Source: Ruditapes philippinarum (taxonomy: Eukaryota). Taken from it: 64,000 nt of DNA. The translations under genes were made by a program, and so were the position numbers. The stretch is taken from assembly GCF_026571515.1 (NCBI RefSeq), contig NW_026859933.1:496001-560000 (forward strand), read 5' to 3'. Position 1 is the stretch's first letter; every line of letters starts with the position of its first letter. Under the pieces are notes generated by a model. The model worked only from the letters and a program-made list of their open reading frames with translations, did not search any database and was not told the origin of the DNA. This document shows positions 13,344 to 25,885 of this stretch, piece after piece.

Positions 13344-15098
13344 TTGCAGAATGACAGTTGTATATTTTATACAGCCTCAAGATGGATCTGTGCAATGATT
13401 GTTATACCTTGTTAAGATTGTTAATTTATCATTCATATATTCATCATCATATTAATTATGTTGTTGTTGCTCATTCTATGCAAATAGTATAAACAAAAGT
13501 TAGTGTAAAATGAATAGGTTTATTAAAAGTTATATTGTAAAATATACAAGTTGCTTATTTATCATTAATGGTAAATTTTACTTATGATTTCTGTATGATT
13601 ATTTTGTCTATACAAAAACAGGAAATATTTCAAAAGTTTATTTTATCCAGTAAGAGAAAGGACAAAAACCTTTCGATTATTGTATGCAGATTTTCTAGTG
13701 TGACTGTGATATCACAAGGCTGTTATTTTTTCATGGCATGTGTCACAACTTTGTTAAAAAACAACAACAAAAAACACACAAAAAAGAAGAAAAAAAAAAT
13801 TTACTATTGTATAACAAGATACATTTAATAGTTAAATTCATTTGCATTCTTTTTCTGATAGTCCAGCTTGTTGAACATTGTGATAAGTAAATTTAGGGAT
13901 TGTAAATCAATGGAATTGTCAGAATAATGTTCAGGCCATAATAAATTGTTATCTGGTAGTTGGTCATATCATACCAAAACAATAAGTGGAGAAATAACAA
14001 AGATGAGAATTTGTTATCATGGAATAAATGTAAATGTGTAGCATTTGTGAACATTAGTATACATATACAAATCTTTAGTCTAGAAAGTTATGTGAAATAG
14101 CAATAAAAATGTTGAGACAAGCTATTGTCTTTATCTTAATAGCAGTGATGAGATTAGCTATTAATTTTAGCCAATAATCTTTGCATAATTTTTAATTTAT
14201 AAGTTCATAAATAATTGTTAAAATGCATTGATTACTGAATTACTGATTATTGAATGCAAATATCTGTAATGGCTTTATTAAATCTGTGTGCCAGGTAACT
14301 AAATATTGTTAATCAGTTACTAGAATTACTGCTATTTATCTTATGACTATTCTACATGTATGCCAATAGAAAGAAATTTACTGGTAATGAGAATTTGTTA
14401 ACAATCTTTATAGCTATTCAATAGGCCTGGAGTCCTAGAATATAGCATACATTTGGCCACATTGAAAAGAAAGGCAATTGAAAGGCATCAAATTGAATAT
14501 AGTAACTTATATGCACACCTTCACACAGTGATGGTCTTTAAATGGAAGTTAAAAAAAATACAATATGTTTATCACATTTCATAATTATGATGTGTTCATT
14601 GAAAACAAACACTGCTCTAAAAATTTGATAAAACTTCTTAAGAAAATTATCAATGTTTATGTAAATGTCCATTTGACTATACACCAAACAGAATGCAACA
14701 TTTAAGCCAAAATAATAGCTTTGTCAAAAAAAAAATGAATCTATGCATACTGCTGGGTAAGTTGTTTGATACTGGGACTTATATATCTTAAGTCCCAGGT
14801 TGATTGTAGAGAAAGTGTGTATGCTGCCAGATTTCTCAGATAGAGTGATAGGTTTTACCACGGATTTATATTAAGATCCATGGTTTTATAAAGATTTTAA
14901 GTTAGGATTCCTGTCAGACTGCAACCTGGTGACAAAAAGAACAAAATTTAAACAGAACGCTGGTTTATCTGATTATTTCTGGCTGTTTCATAAAGCAAGA
15001 AAGTATTTAGTGGCGTTCAACCTTAAGACGGAAAAGACGACAGCGTATACGCTTTCATTAGTAATATTATTAGTGTTACCCTTCCGAGATCAACAACA

Positions 15099-18000
15099 AT
15101 GGCGGATTATGAGAACGTTTGTCGGGGTTCTTTGAAGTTAAAAGGTGTTTCTGATCATAAGATTAAAAAGTAAGAAATCTATCTCATCTATTCTAATTGA
15201 TATACATTTTTTTTAAATACAGCAGGTTAGGTAAATATTATTTGAAATTTCATTTGGTCTCTGTAAAACTTTTTTCTTCAACTAAGCAACACGATCACGG
15301 TCCACGGATATTTTACATGATTGATTAAAGACTTTAATTTAATGACATGACAGACAGTTTACCCTTCATACAAATGTTTGATTTCTATATAAGAAAAAAG
15401 AGAGAAGGAAATTCAGATGTTTATACAGGTCTATAGTCAGTGTTCCCTCTTCTATTTTTCATTAGGGATATATACCTTACCTTTGAAAACTTGGGACAAA
15501 ATAAAAAATCAGGGGGTACATAAATTTGTGCAATATATGCTGATGAAATAGTGTATTTCATGTTACAATTGAAAGTTAAACACCCGAGCTTTTATCTGGA
15601 TAAAGTCATTGTCATGTACAAGAGCTGTCATTGATTCAGCATATTGAGGCTATATCGATGGTAAAGAGTCAACTCGCTACGTGTCAACTCAGCCCACTTA
15701 TTAAAAAAAACAAAAACATATTAACTTTTTACTGATAACTTGCATGTTATCAAGGCAAGCTTTTTTTCTAAATGAATAAAAAGAGATATATCTGATATAC
15801 ATGTATATTAATATATAATTCAAATTGTACATTGTATCGATACTTCTGCAGAATTAAAGTATATTTAGAAGAAATTTGTTACGTTCATTTATGCAGATTC
15901 GTTAAAAATTGATATAATACAAATGTGTTTCCTTTGATGCTTTTTGTTTGTAAAGTAATCTACAGTAAAAATATGAAATAAAACGTGTTTACTTATTATC
16001 ATAAGCTTCTAATTACCGGTAGTTGCAGGTGGACATTAATCAAATTTGAATGATCATGTCAATAATAATCATCACCTGATTCATCTGTAGAATTAACATA
16101 CACATGGTAATTGATTGGTTACAATAGCGGGTGATAATAATTTACGAAAACATTAATTATTTTGTTCCAACAATATAGAGTGATAACACAAACCAATACA
16201 TTTATAAATTGAAAAGTGGACAGAGTTGACCCGTGCCGAGTTGGAACAGGGCCGAGCTGACTCGGGGGCTGAGTATGTTTAAGGGCCGAGCTGACCCTGA
16301 TTCATATTGATAATAACTCCCAATTTCTTGTATATAATTCACTTACATTCCTGTTTAAATCATTTTAGTAAAATACATGTTCTGTTCATACAAATATGTT
16401 GTGTACTGTAAATAAATGTCTTTTGCATATTAAAAGGGAGCTATCCAGCTAGCTTACTGAACTTCAGTAGTTCTACTCGGGAGTCAAGTGCCCGTTTGTG
16501 CCTGAAATAATGCATTGAACCCTTGGGCACCTGAGGTCTTCATCCACTAAAAGCTGGAACATCGCCATATGACCTATACTGTGTCAGCGTGATGTAAAAC
16601 CCAAACAAACAAATCTTTAGCATGCTTTTTCTGATTATGAATTGATTAATGGTACCCCCCCCTCCGGCAGCCACCTCAACACCAAAATTTACCACAGTGC
16701 CTTAAAAATTTTATAGGGAAAGGTCTGCATTTTTTGTCATCACTGCTATGAAATGTGTCCATTATGTAACAACACATGGCCATCTTCTTTTGTATATGCT
16801 TTGGGTGAATTTTCATAATTTATAGACATTAAATAATTTATCAAAATTATCAATTTTTTCAAATGTGTATTGATTGTATCGATTATAGATAAACAGAAAA
16901 ATATCAAAGATACATCAATATTGTCTATATCGATGATAGCTCTATCATGTACATATGTCCGGACATGTAACTGTAGTGTGGACAATTTAGGTCATTTTGA
17001 TAACCTCCTTGACGGGCCTCAGATATAAGTGTCAACATTATCAGAAATAAAACCAGTAATAAACTAGTCTGTTAGTTAGGAGAAGAACCTAGCTATACTG
17101 TGTCAAATTTTCAGATCTCTAGCTTTTTAATTATGAAATCTGTAAAATTTTGAAAAAATGTCCGGTTGATGATCCCTGACCAGTGGTATAATTAAACAAG
17201 AGGGCCATGATTGCCCTGGATTGCTCCCCTGACCCATCAACCGCATCCAAGCAATGTCTTAGACAAGCATCCTGGCCAAGTTTGATGACAATTGAGTCAA
17301 AAATGTGACCTCAAGTGTGTTAAAAAGGTTTTCCATATTTGGGCAATGCGACCTAATTTTTGACTGGAGACGACCCATATTCGAACTTGACATAGAAATC
17401 ATCAAAACAACCTTTCTGACAAATTTCCTGAACATTTGGATCAAAACTGCAGCCACTAGAGTGTTAACAAGCTTTTTCTATTTTTAGCTCCTGTGACCCA
17501 GTTTTTGAACGCAGATGACCCATCTTCGAACTTGACCTAGAAATCATTAAAACAACCTTCCTGACAAATTTCCAGAATATTTGGATCAAAACTGCAGCCA
17601 CTAGATTGTTAACAAGCTTTTTCTATTTCTAGCTCCTGTGACCTAGTTTTTGACCGCAGATAACCCATCTTAGAACTTGACCAAGAAATCATTAAAACAA
17701 CCTTCCTGACAAATTTCCTGAATATTTGGATCAAAACTGCAGCCACTAGAGTGTTAACAAGCTTTTTCTATTTTTAGCTCCTGTGACCTAGTTTTTGACC
17801 GGAGATGACCCATCTTCGAACCTGACCTAGAAATCATCAAAACAACCTTTCTGACAAATTTCCAGAATATTTGGATCAAAACTGCAGCCACTAGAGTGTT
17901 AACAAGCTTTTTCTATTTTTAGCTCATCAAAACAACCTTCCTGACAAATTTCCAGGATATTTGGATCAAAACTGCAGCCACTAGAGTGTTAACAAGCTTT

Positions 18001-20407
18001 TTTCTGTTTTTAGCTCCTGTGACCTTATTTTTGACCGGAGATGACCCATCTTCAAATTTGACCAAGAAATCATTAAAACAACCTTCCTGACAAATTTCCA
18101 GAATATTTGGATCAAAACTGCAGCCAGTAGAGTGTAACAAGCTTTTTCTATTTTTAGCTCCTGTGACCTAGTTTTTGACGGGAGATGACCCATCTTCGAA
18201 CTCGATCTGTATTTCATTGAGACAAACATTCTGACAAAGTTTGACAATGATCCAATCAAAACTTTGACTGCTAGACTGTTAACAACACAATTGTTGCCGA
18301 CGCACAACGCACGAAGCACGACACGGACGCCGGACATAGCCCCATCACTATACCTCACCTTGACCACTTCATGGTCAGGTGAGCTAAAAAGAATTCTTAC
18401 AGACTTCACATTACTCTTAGTATTGATAAAACAGAAGGGACTGTCCAGTGACTTGGTCAAGATTAGGGCAGGGTTGACTGTAGTTGTTTAAATATCAGAT
18501 GACATCAAATTGGTTGTATTTATTTTATCTGGTTTTTACTGGCACTTCTGTACGTTATTTCTATACACTAGCAAGTGAACTTCTTGTGACACTTTAGCAC
18601 TTTTTGAAATATTTTTAGAAAGAAGAAAAAGAAGGAGAAGGAGAAAGAGTTGTCAAAAATGTATGAGAACATAGCATCTAATGCAAGTACTTCAAGTGAT
18701 GATGGATCAAGCTCTGTGAGAATTGATAAACGGACAGCAGCTGAACTAGCTTTTGAAAAGGCCAAGGAGAAAAAGGTAAAACTTATTTTTTATAGTACTA
18801 TTGGACATCACTTTTAGATTACTTTTTAGAAGTACAGTTGTAATTGATATAGACACATAATTTGTAAATGAATCAAGTGTAAATGCAAGTAACATTGCTT
18901 GTAGGAAACTATAAAAAAACGGATTTAAATAAATTTAGAACTAGAAAACCCCTTATTATTTTCCTGAGAAAGAGACTTAGTGTTTGAAATTATTTTTTGT
19001 CCAATAGGATTGCAGTATTTCAAATGGATCAAACACGTTTACTCTGGTAAATCGGCAAAATGAAATCAGTCTAGTAAATCAAATGTTTATAAAAATAACT
19101 TAAAACACTAAGCTGGTTAAAATTATTAGTACGCGATTACAAAATTAAATAGGTCATGTGGCGCAGCCTGACCAATTTAATTTTGTAAATACATACTTAT
19201 AAACTTTAACCTATACTTAAAGCTGTGTTTTGGAAATTGGAGATCCCTTTATTGATCATAATTTTACCAATTTTAGTAACAGTAAACTAGTGAATTACCT
19301 ACATAATTAATATTGCACCATCAAACAATGATTTTTCCTAATGCAGAAAAGAGAGTATCACTTGTAATTGATATATTAGTAAATTTTGAAATATTTATAC
19401 TAACAAACAAGCATCTAGATCCATTAATATACTGTTTTTGTCTCACATATTTTAGATGGCACAGCAGATCTTTGACAAGGCAACAAAAACTCATAAAGAA
19501 AGAATCATGGTAAGATATTCTATGTTTTCTATCTTAACCCATTACTTCATATACACGCCTTTTAACGCCTTTTTCACCCCCCCCCCTTTTTGTTGTCTCA
19601 AATGATGAAAAAATGCCTTATTTAGGCCCCCAACACTTGTTTTTGTTTGAGAAATGTTGTTAAAAAAAGTGACCTCTTTTTCGGCGCGGCCCCCCAACCA
19701 AAAGATAAGAAAATTTTGGACTTGTGAGAGGCTGTAAATGACCCCAGATTGATCATAAGGTAACGTGTAACCAACGCTGAAAAGCATTTGACTCTATCTC
19801 AATCCATTGAGAAGTTGCAGCACTTTGAAATCAATTTTGATGGAAAAAATCAACGCAAAATAGCGATTTTTGGCAATTTTGAGATGTCCCCTCGTTGCCA
19901 TGGTAACAGAAAATTTAAGCCTGAGCATGTTGTTGCAAGGGCAATGGTCCAGTCAACATTTGTGCCAAGTTTGATTAGTGTTGAAGCAGTTTTTATAGTA
20001 TTATAGCAATTTGAACTTGTAACGGGAGACTTTTCAATGAAAACAGCCATTTTTCACAAAATTCTCATGAAGTAATGGGTTAATATTTTGAAATCTTAGA
20101 GGAAAAATATTTTGCCAATTGCCAAGGCTGTTTATACATAAAATAATTCCTTAAATGGTCCTAGTATATCACAAGAGATTTAATTTTCCATAATTTTGGT
20201 ATGGTTAAATTAGATAGACCTTTAAAATAGCATTAAATAGCATGGCTAATTTTTTTCTGTACAGATGGTATAGATCACCTTTGTTATTAGCAGTAACAGT
20301 AAAACTTGTATTAAAAGTCAGATTTATTATATTTTCAGGAATTTAATCAACATTTAGACAATCTCACAGAACATTTTGATATTCCTAAAGTTAGCTGGAC
20401 TAAATGA
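15099..20407 (+). CDS. FAM32A: Protein FAM32A (spliceosome step II factor)
   Basis: Exons 15099-15169, 18619-18775, 19456-19509 and 20339-20407 give MADYENVCRGSLKLKGV...KKKKKK...DKRTAAELAFEK...KTHKERIMEFNQHLDNLTEHFDIPKVSWTK*, including the diagnostic FAM32A C-terminus. Confidence 0.95.
15620..16944. mobile_element. hAT-like MITE carrying nested insertions (FAM32A intron 1)
   Basis: TIR AAGAGCTGTCATTGAT / ATCGATGATAGCTCTA. Exact 8-bp TSD TCATGTAC at 15612-15619 and 16945-16952. The internal sequence matches the shorter copy at 26353-26706. Confidence 0.8.
16436..16613 (+). mobile_element. 5'-truncated copy of the tRNA-Ser-derived SINE family
   Basis: Aligns by eye with the 3' two-thirds of the SINE at 62074-62352, including the (AAAC)n tail. 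Confidence 0.85.
17195..18390. mobile_element. HINE/Helentron-like non-autonomous element with ~7 x 145-bp tandem core
   Basis: Termini ACAAGAGGGCCATGATTGCCCT and the hairpin CTCACCTTGACC...GGTCAGGTGAGCTAAAAA. A GACG-like microsatellite lies near 18300. GGATCAAAACTGCAGCC recurs at 17438, 17583, 17728 and 17873 (period 145). Confidence 0.8.
19538..20079. mobile_element. piggyBac-like non-autonomous element (FAM32A intron 3)
   Basis: TTAA|CCCATTACTTCAT ... ATGAAGTAATGGG|TTAA: perfect 13-bp TIR with TTAA target duplication. Confidence 0.85.
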
Positions 20408-22120
20408 TGGAAGGACATTGTACACAACACTGTCTTGTCTACATATTTGTTAATAGTAATGTGAAATTCTTAATGTGATGATAGAAATGGAGGAGGATTC
20501 TTCAGTATACGTTGAAATTTCACGTGCTTAAAAAATTTTGAGTACTCTAACCCTAGGTTAGAAAAGAAGTCACATGTTTTGAGAAGTACAACCAGAGAGT
20601 CTTGACAATGTTAAAGTGTCTCTACAGTGTATGAATTGACTTTTTCTATTTTAACATAAGATTACTGTATATAATTATGTAGTATTATTTAATAAAATCT
20701 TGTCATTGAATTTTTTATCATACTGTATTGATTGTATATATTATCACATTCACAGTATTTTTGAAAAATATTAAGAAAGTTCTTTTAAACACTTCTCATG
20801 AAAAAGGAAACAAATGTAAAATTATAGTAAAAATGTTGTCTTAATTACTACAATGTTGAATATTTTAAATCTCTATCTGAATTATCATTATTAGCATTAT
20901 GTATCCAGATTTATTTTATGTTCATTTAATTGAAAAATGTTTCATTTTTTTAAAAATAAAATCACTGTAGGGTCATATTTCTGATTGCTGTGAGCTAAAA
21001 GACAGCAGTTGATTTGTTAGTATACATTTTGTTACTGTCCAAGTTCACGCTGTCTCAAAAAATACTTATTTTCAGTTTACACTCATTATTAGCTGTTAAA
21101 TGCATGTTGATTCAACCTTGATACTCAGTTTTATCATTGATTATGGCACAAGTTAAAATCATCTTGCCCCTTTTGTTTTGATTTTAGAGGCATCACACAA
21201 ATTAAAAATTCAGAGAAGTTACATGTATTACATAATCTTGTGTTCCTAACAATGCACTTAATGATGAAGTATTAAATTTTATTTTGTCATCTTTTGTGAT
21301 GTTTTGATATTTATACAGAGGAAAATAATTAATTTAAGTAACTTATATAAAATTTATAATTTAGATATTATGTTTTGGTTTTACATTAGGTACATTAGGC
21401 CAACAAGTGAACAAATGTTCTAACATGTAAATATGGCAGTTGTTTGTAATGTATTTACATCAATTTATTCAGCCAGATTCTGCACAGCAAATTGTAGGGG
21501 TGTCATGGTCAGCAAAAGATATAATGTGTTTTAAGTGGCAATCTCTATACCATGTTAAAAATTTTAAAGACCATAATTAAAAAAATTCTTAGATTTTCAA
21601 TACATAAACTTTGTTTATGAAATTTTGGTTGTATTTTATAGAACTTATTACAATACATATCCAATTTTGGATTAACTTTTTTGGTAGGGCCGTACAGTTT
21701 GCAATAAGATAACATGTAATCAGAAAAAATATATTGTGGAGTACAATTAAAATATAAACAAAAACATATCTTGTTATTAAAAATTAAAGTGAAGTCATGA
21801 ATCAGTTAAAAAATTTCTCACCTCCTTGTCTAATACTAACCTTGGTTACTAGTTATTGAATTTTCTAACCGGTTTTTAGCCCGTATCTGTTTTAAATGGA
21901 TAAACGTGACACCCCTGACACATTGTATAGCTGGCCACTTTAAGAAAACACATTTCATGAACAGTTTACATTTGTACCAACTAAAAATATGGATCCTAAA
22001 AGATTATACAGCGGCTTTAATGCTTTACCAGTATATGCATTAGTTTGTTTTGTTTGTCTAGTGCAGGCTGACCTCAGTTCCCCTCTGCAATATTGTGGTA
22101 TTAAATAGGCTCTTGAGTTA

Positions 22121-24320
22121 TTATGCCCCCATTTCGAAGAAAAGGGGGTATATTGCTTTGCACTTGTCGGTCCGTCGGTCCGTAGACCAAATGGTTTCCG
22201 AGTGATAACTAAAGAACCCTTAGGCCTAGGAACTTCAAACTTGGTATGGTGATTGGTCATGACCAGTAGATGACCCCTATTGATTTTGGGGTCAAGGGGT
22301 CAAAGGTCAAGGTCACATTGACCTTGAAAGCAAAAACGGTTTCCGATCAATAACTAAAGAACCTTAAGGCCTAGGAACTTCAAACTTGGTATGGTGATTG
22401 GTCATGACCAGTAGATGACCCCTATTGATTTTGGGGTCAAGGGGTCAAAGGTCAAGGTCACATTGACCTTGAAAGCAAAAACAGTTTCCGATCAATAACT
22501 AAAGAACCTTAAGGCCTAGGAACTTCAAACTTGGTATGGTGATTGGTCATGATCAGTAGATGACCCCTATTGATTTTGGGGTCAAGGGGTCAAAGGTCAA
22601 GGTCACATTGACCTTGTAAGCAAAAACGGTTTCCGATCAATAACTAAAGAACCTTAAGGCCTAGGAACTTCAAACTTGGTATGGTGATTGGTCATGATCA
22701 GTAGATGACCCCTATTGATTTTGGGGTCAAGGGGTCAAAGGTCAAGGTCACATTGACCTTGAAAGCAAAAACGGTTTCCGATCAATAACTAAAGAACCTT
22801 AAGGCCTAGGAACTTCAAACTTGGTATGGTGATTGGTCATGATCAGTAGATGACCCCTATTGATTTTGGGGTCAAGGGGTCAAAGGTCAAGGTCACATTG
22901 ACCTTGTAGGTAAAAACGGTTTCCAATCAATAACTAAAGAACCTTAAGGCCTAGGAACTTCAAACTTGGTATGGTGATTGGTTATGACCAATCAGATGAC
23001 CCCTATTGATTTTGGGTTAAGGGGTCAAAGGTCAAGGTCACATTGACCTTGTAGGTAAAAACGGTTTCCGATCAATAATGAAAGAACCCTTAGGCCTAGG
23101 GACTTCAAACTTGAGATGGTGATTGGTCATGATCAGTAGATGACCCCTATTGATTTTGGGGTCAAGGGGTCAAAGGTCAAGGTCACATTGACCTGTTAGG
23201 TAAAAACGGTTTCCGATCAATAACTAAAGAACCCTTAGGCCTAGGAACTTCAAACTTGGTATTGTGATTTGTCATGACCAGCAGATGACCCCTATTGATT
23301 TTGGGGTTAAGGGGTTAAAGGGCAAGGTCACATTGACCTTGTAGGTAAAAATGCTTTCCGATCAATAACTTAAGAACCCTTATGCCTAGGAACTTCAAAC
23401 TTGGTATGGTGATTGGTCATGACCAGCAGATGACCTATTGATTTTGGGGTCAAGGGGTCAAAGGTCAAGGTCACATTGACCTTGTAGGTAAAAACGGTTT
23501 GCGATCAATTAACTAAAAACGTATAGGCCTAGGAACTTCAACCTTTGTGTGATGATTGGTCATGACCAGCAGATGACCCCTATTGAGTTTTAGGTGAAGG
23601 GGTCAAAGGTCAAGGTCACATTGACCTTTTAAGTAAAAACGGTTTCTGATCAATAACTCAAGAACACTTAGGCCTAGGAACTTCAAACTTGGTATGGTGA
23701 TTTGTCATGACCAGCAGATTACTCCTATTGATTTTGGGATTAAGGGGTCAAAGGTCAAGGTCACAATTACCTTGTAAGTAAAAACGGTTTCTGATCAATA
23801 ACTAAAGAACGCTTCGGCCTAGGAACTTCAAACTTGGCATGGTGATTGGTCATGACCAGCAGATGACCCCTATTGATTTTGGGGTCAAAGGTCAAGGTCA
23901 CATTGACCTTGTATGTTAAAACGGTTTCCGATCAATAATAAGAGAACCCTTAGGCCTAGGAACTTCAACCTAGGCATGGTGATTGGTCATGACCAGCAGA
24001 TGACCCCTATTGATTTTGGGGTCAAGGGGTCAAAGGTCAAGGTCACATTGACCTTGTAGGTAAAAACGGTTTCTGATCAATTTACTAAAAACGCCTAGGC
24101 CTAGGAACTTCAAACTTTGTATGATGATTGGTCGTGACCAGCAGATGACCCCTATTGAGTTTTGGGTCAAGAGGTCAAAGGTCAAGGTCATTACCAGTAG
24201 ATACTTTATAACCCTTATTAATTGTTTGATCACTGGGTCAGAAGTCATGCATAATAACCTTATCACATGACTAATTGGCTGCTGATAGGGGGCATACATG
24301 TTTTACAAACATATCTTGTT
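22121..24320. mobile_element. HINE/Helentron-like element with ~14 x 145-bp tandem core
   Basis: Starts TTATGCCCCC...GGGGGTATA with a GTCG/GTCC microsatellite and ends GGGGGCATACATG...TCTTGTT (subterminal inverted repeat). Period 145 measured at 22310, 22455 and 22600. Confidence 0.85.
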
Positions 24321-24822
24321 ATTAATGTGAAGCTACTTCATCACCTGCACATCATGGCAGATGGTAACATCAGCAAGTGGAGGCAAGTTATTCACTCGGT
24401 CATTAGTATAGGAAGACTCAGGATTTAATGTTGACAGAAGTGTGCAACTGATTCGGACTTCAATTTTTCAGTATGCAAGCTTGATGGCTTTCTCATATAG
24501 CTTTGATATGTGTTGTATTAGCAATTAATTAACCATCAAGAAATGGCATGCCCCTGCCATTTGACAACAAAGTACAACCTTGACCTGGGCGTTACATGAC
24601 ACCCTCAGAACCAGGTGAAGACATCTGAGGAAAGCAGACATACATTATTCGACATTTCACCTCTGAAGTGGGACAAAGACCTTGAAGATTTAGACATGGG
24701 CCTTTCGCACGGCAAATACTCCGACTGTGGTAGACACTTTTTTTGCCCACAATTTAGCTCATATAGTGCTGAATCAGGAAAGATGATTTTGACTAACCTT
24801 AGGTGTTACAAACTTAAAGATC

Positions 24823-25485
24823 AACTAGAAATGTGTCCATAGGACACGGATGCCCCCAAACACCACTGTTCTGTCAATCTTATGACTCTAGGTCAAATAT
24901 TTTTTTGGACTACATGTGCCACAAGTTGAAAACTAAAAATCAACAAAGTGCCATAATTCTGTTAAATTTAATAGCAGCAAAAATTCCTTCCTTTACTACC
25001 ATCTAGACATTAAGGTTGTTAATCCCTGGAAGTTTAAGCAAAATCTGCCATCCGGTTTAAGAGGAGTTGCGTTCACAAAATTTCTACATAGTATATAGTG
25101 AAAAAATCAACAAAGGGCCATAATTCTGTTAAATTTAGTAGCAGCAAAAATTCCTTCCTTTACTATCATCTACACATTAAGGTTGTTCATCCCTGAAAGT
25201 TTAAGCAAAATCTGCCATCCGGTTTAAGAGGAGTTGTGTTCACAAAATTTCTACATAGTATATAGTGAAAAAATCAACAAAGGGCCATAATTCTGTTAAA
25301 TTTGGTCGCAACAAAAATTCTTTCCTTAACTACCATCTACACATTAAGGCTGTTCATCCCTGTAAGTTTAAGCAAAATCTGCAATCTGGTTTAAGAGGAG
25401 TTGCGTTCACAAGATTTCGGGACGTACGGACTGACGGACAAGTGCAACACTAGCTATATGCTCCCACATTGTGGGGGCATAAAAA
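24823..25485. mobile_element. HINE-like element with 3 x 167-bp core
   Basis: Terminus AACTAGAAATGTGTCCATAGGACAC; CAACAAAG recurs at 24941, 25108 and 25275; a GACG microsatellite and GGGGGCATAAAAA at the other end. Confidence 0.8.
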
Positions 25486-25885
25486 CACCTAAACTGCTGG
25501 AGCTAATTGCATAATAATTGGCTCCAGTAATTTGAATTACCCATTAAGTCCCCTCATGATCACAATATTTCAACAATCCATCAACTAATGACAAAGTTAT
25601 AAAGCCAGGCAAGATATTGCAACAATCTATCAAGTAAAGCCTGGCAGAAATTGATTATAGACATCCAAGTATGACCTTGACTCTGAAGATGCTGATGTGG
25701 GTCTTTTACACAACATATTGATCACATGTTCCACTCTAGTTTTTAAACTTCATCTTGCTTGTAGAAGTATAAATGGGCCAGACACAAATATCAGCTAGGG
25801 ACCTTGGTTTTGAAAATAACAAATGATCAAGTGCAGCACTTTATTTTTAAATCTCATCAGACTCTAAACAGCACTTCAGCCTATA

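Noticed and set aside
17259-18491. Cluster of ORFs up to 159 aa
   Set aside because: Translations of the 145-bp tandem core of a non-autonomous element, with no recognisable domain.
19139-19188. Hairpin that could be a pre-miRNA
   Set aside because: The stem is short (~18-20 bp) and very AT-rich, and I recognise no mature miRNA; it is more likely a MITE remnant.
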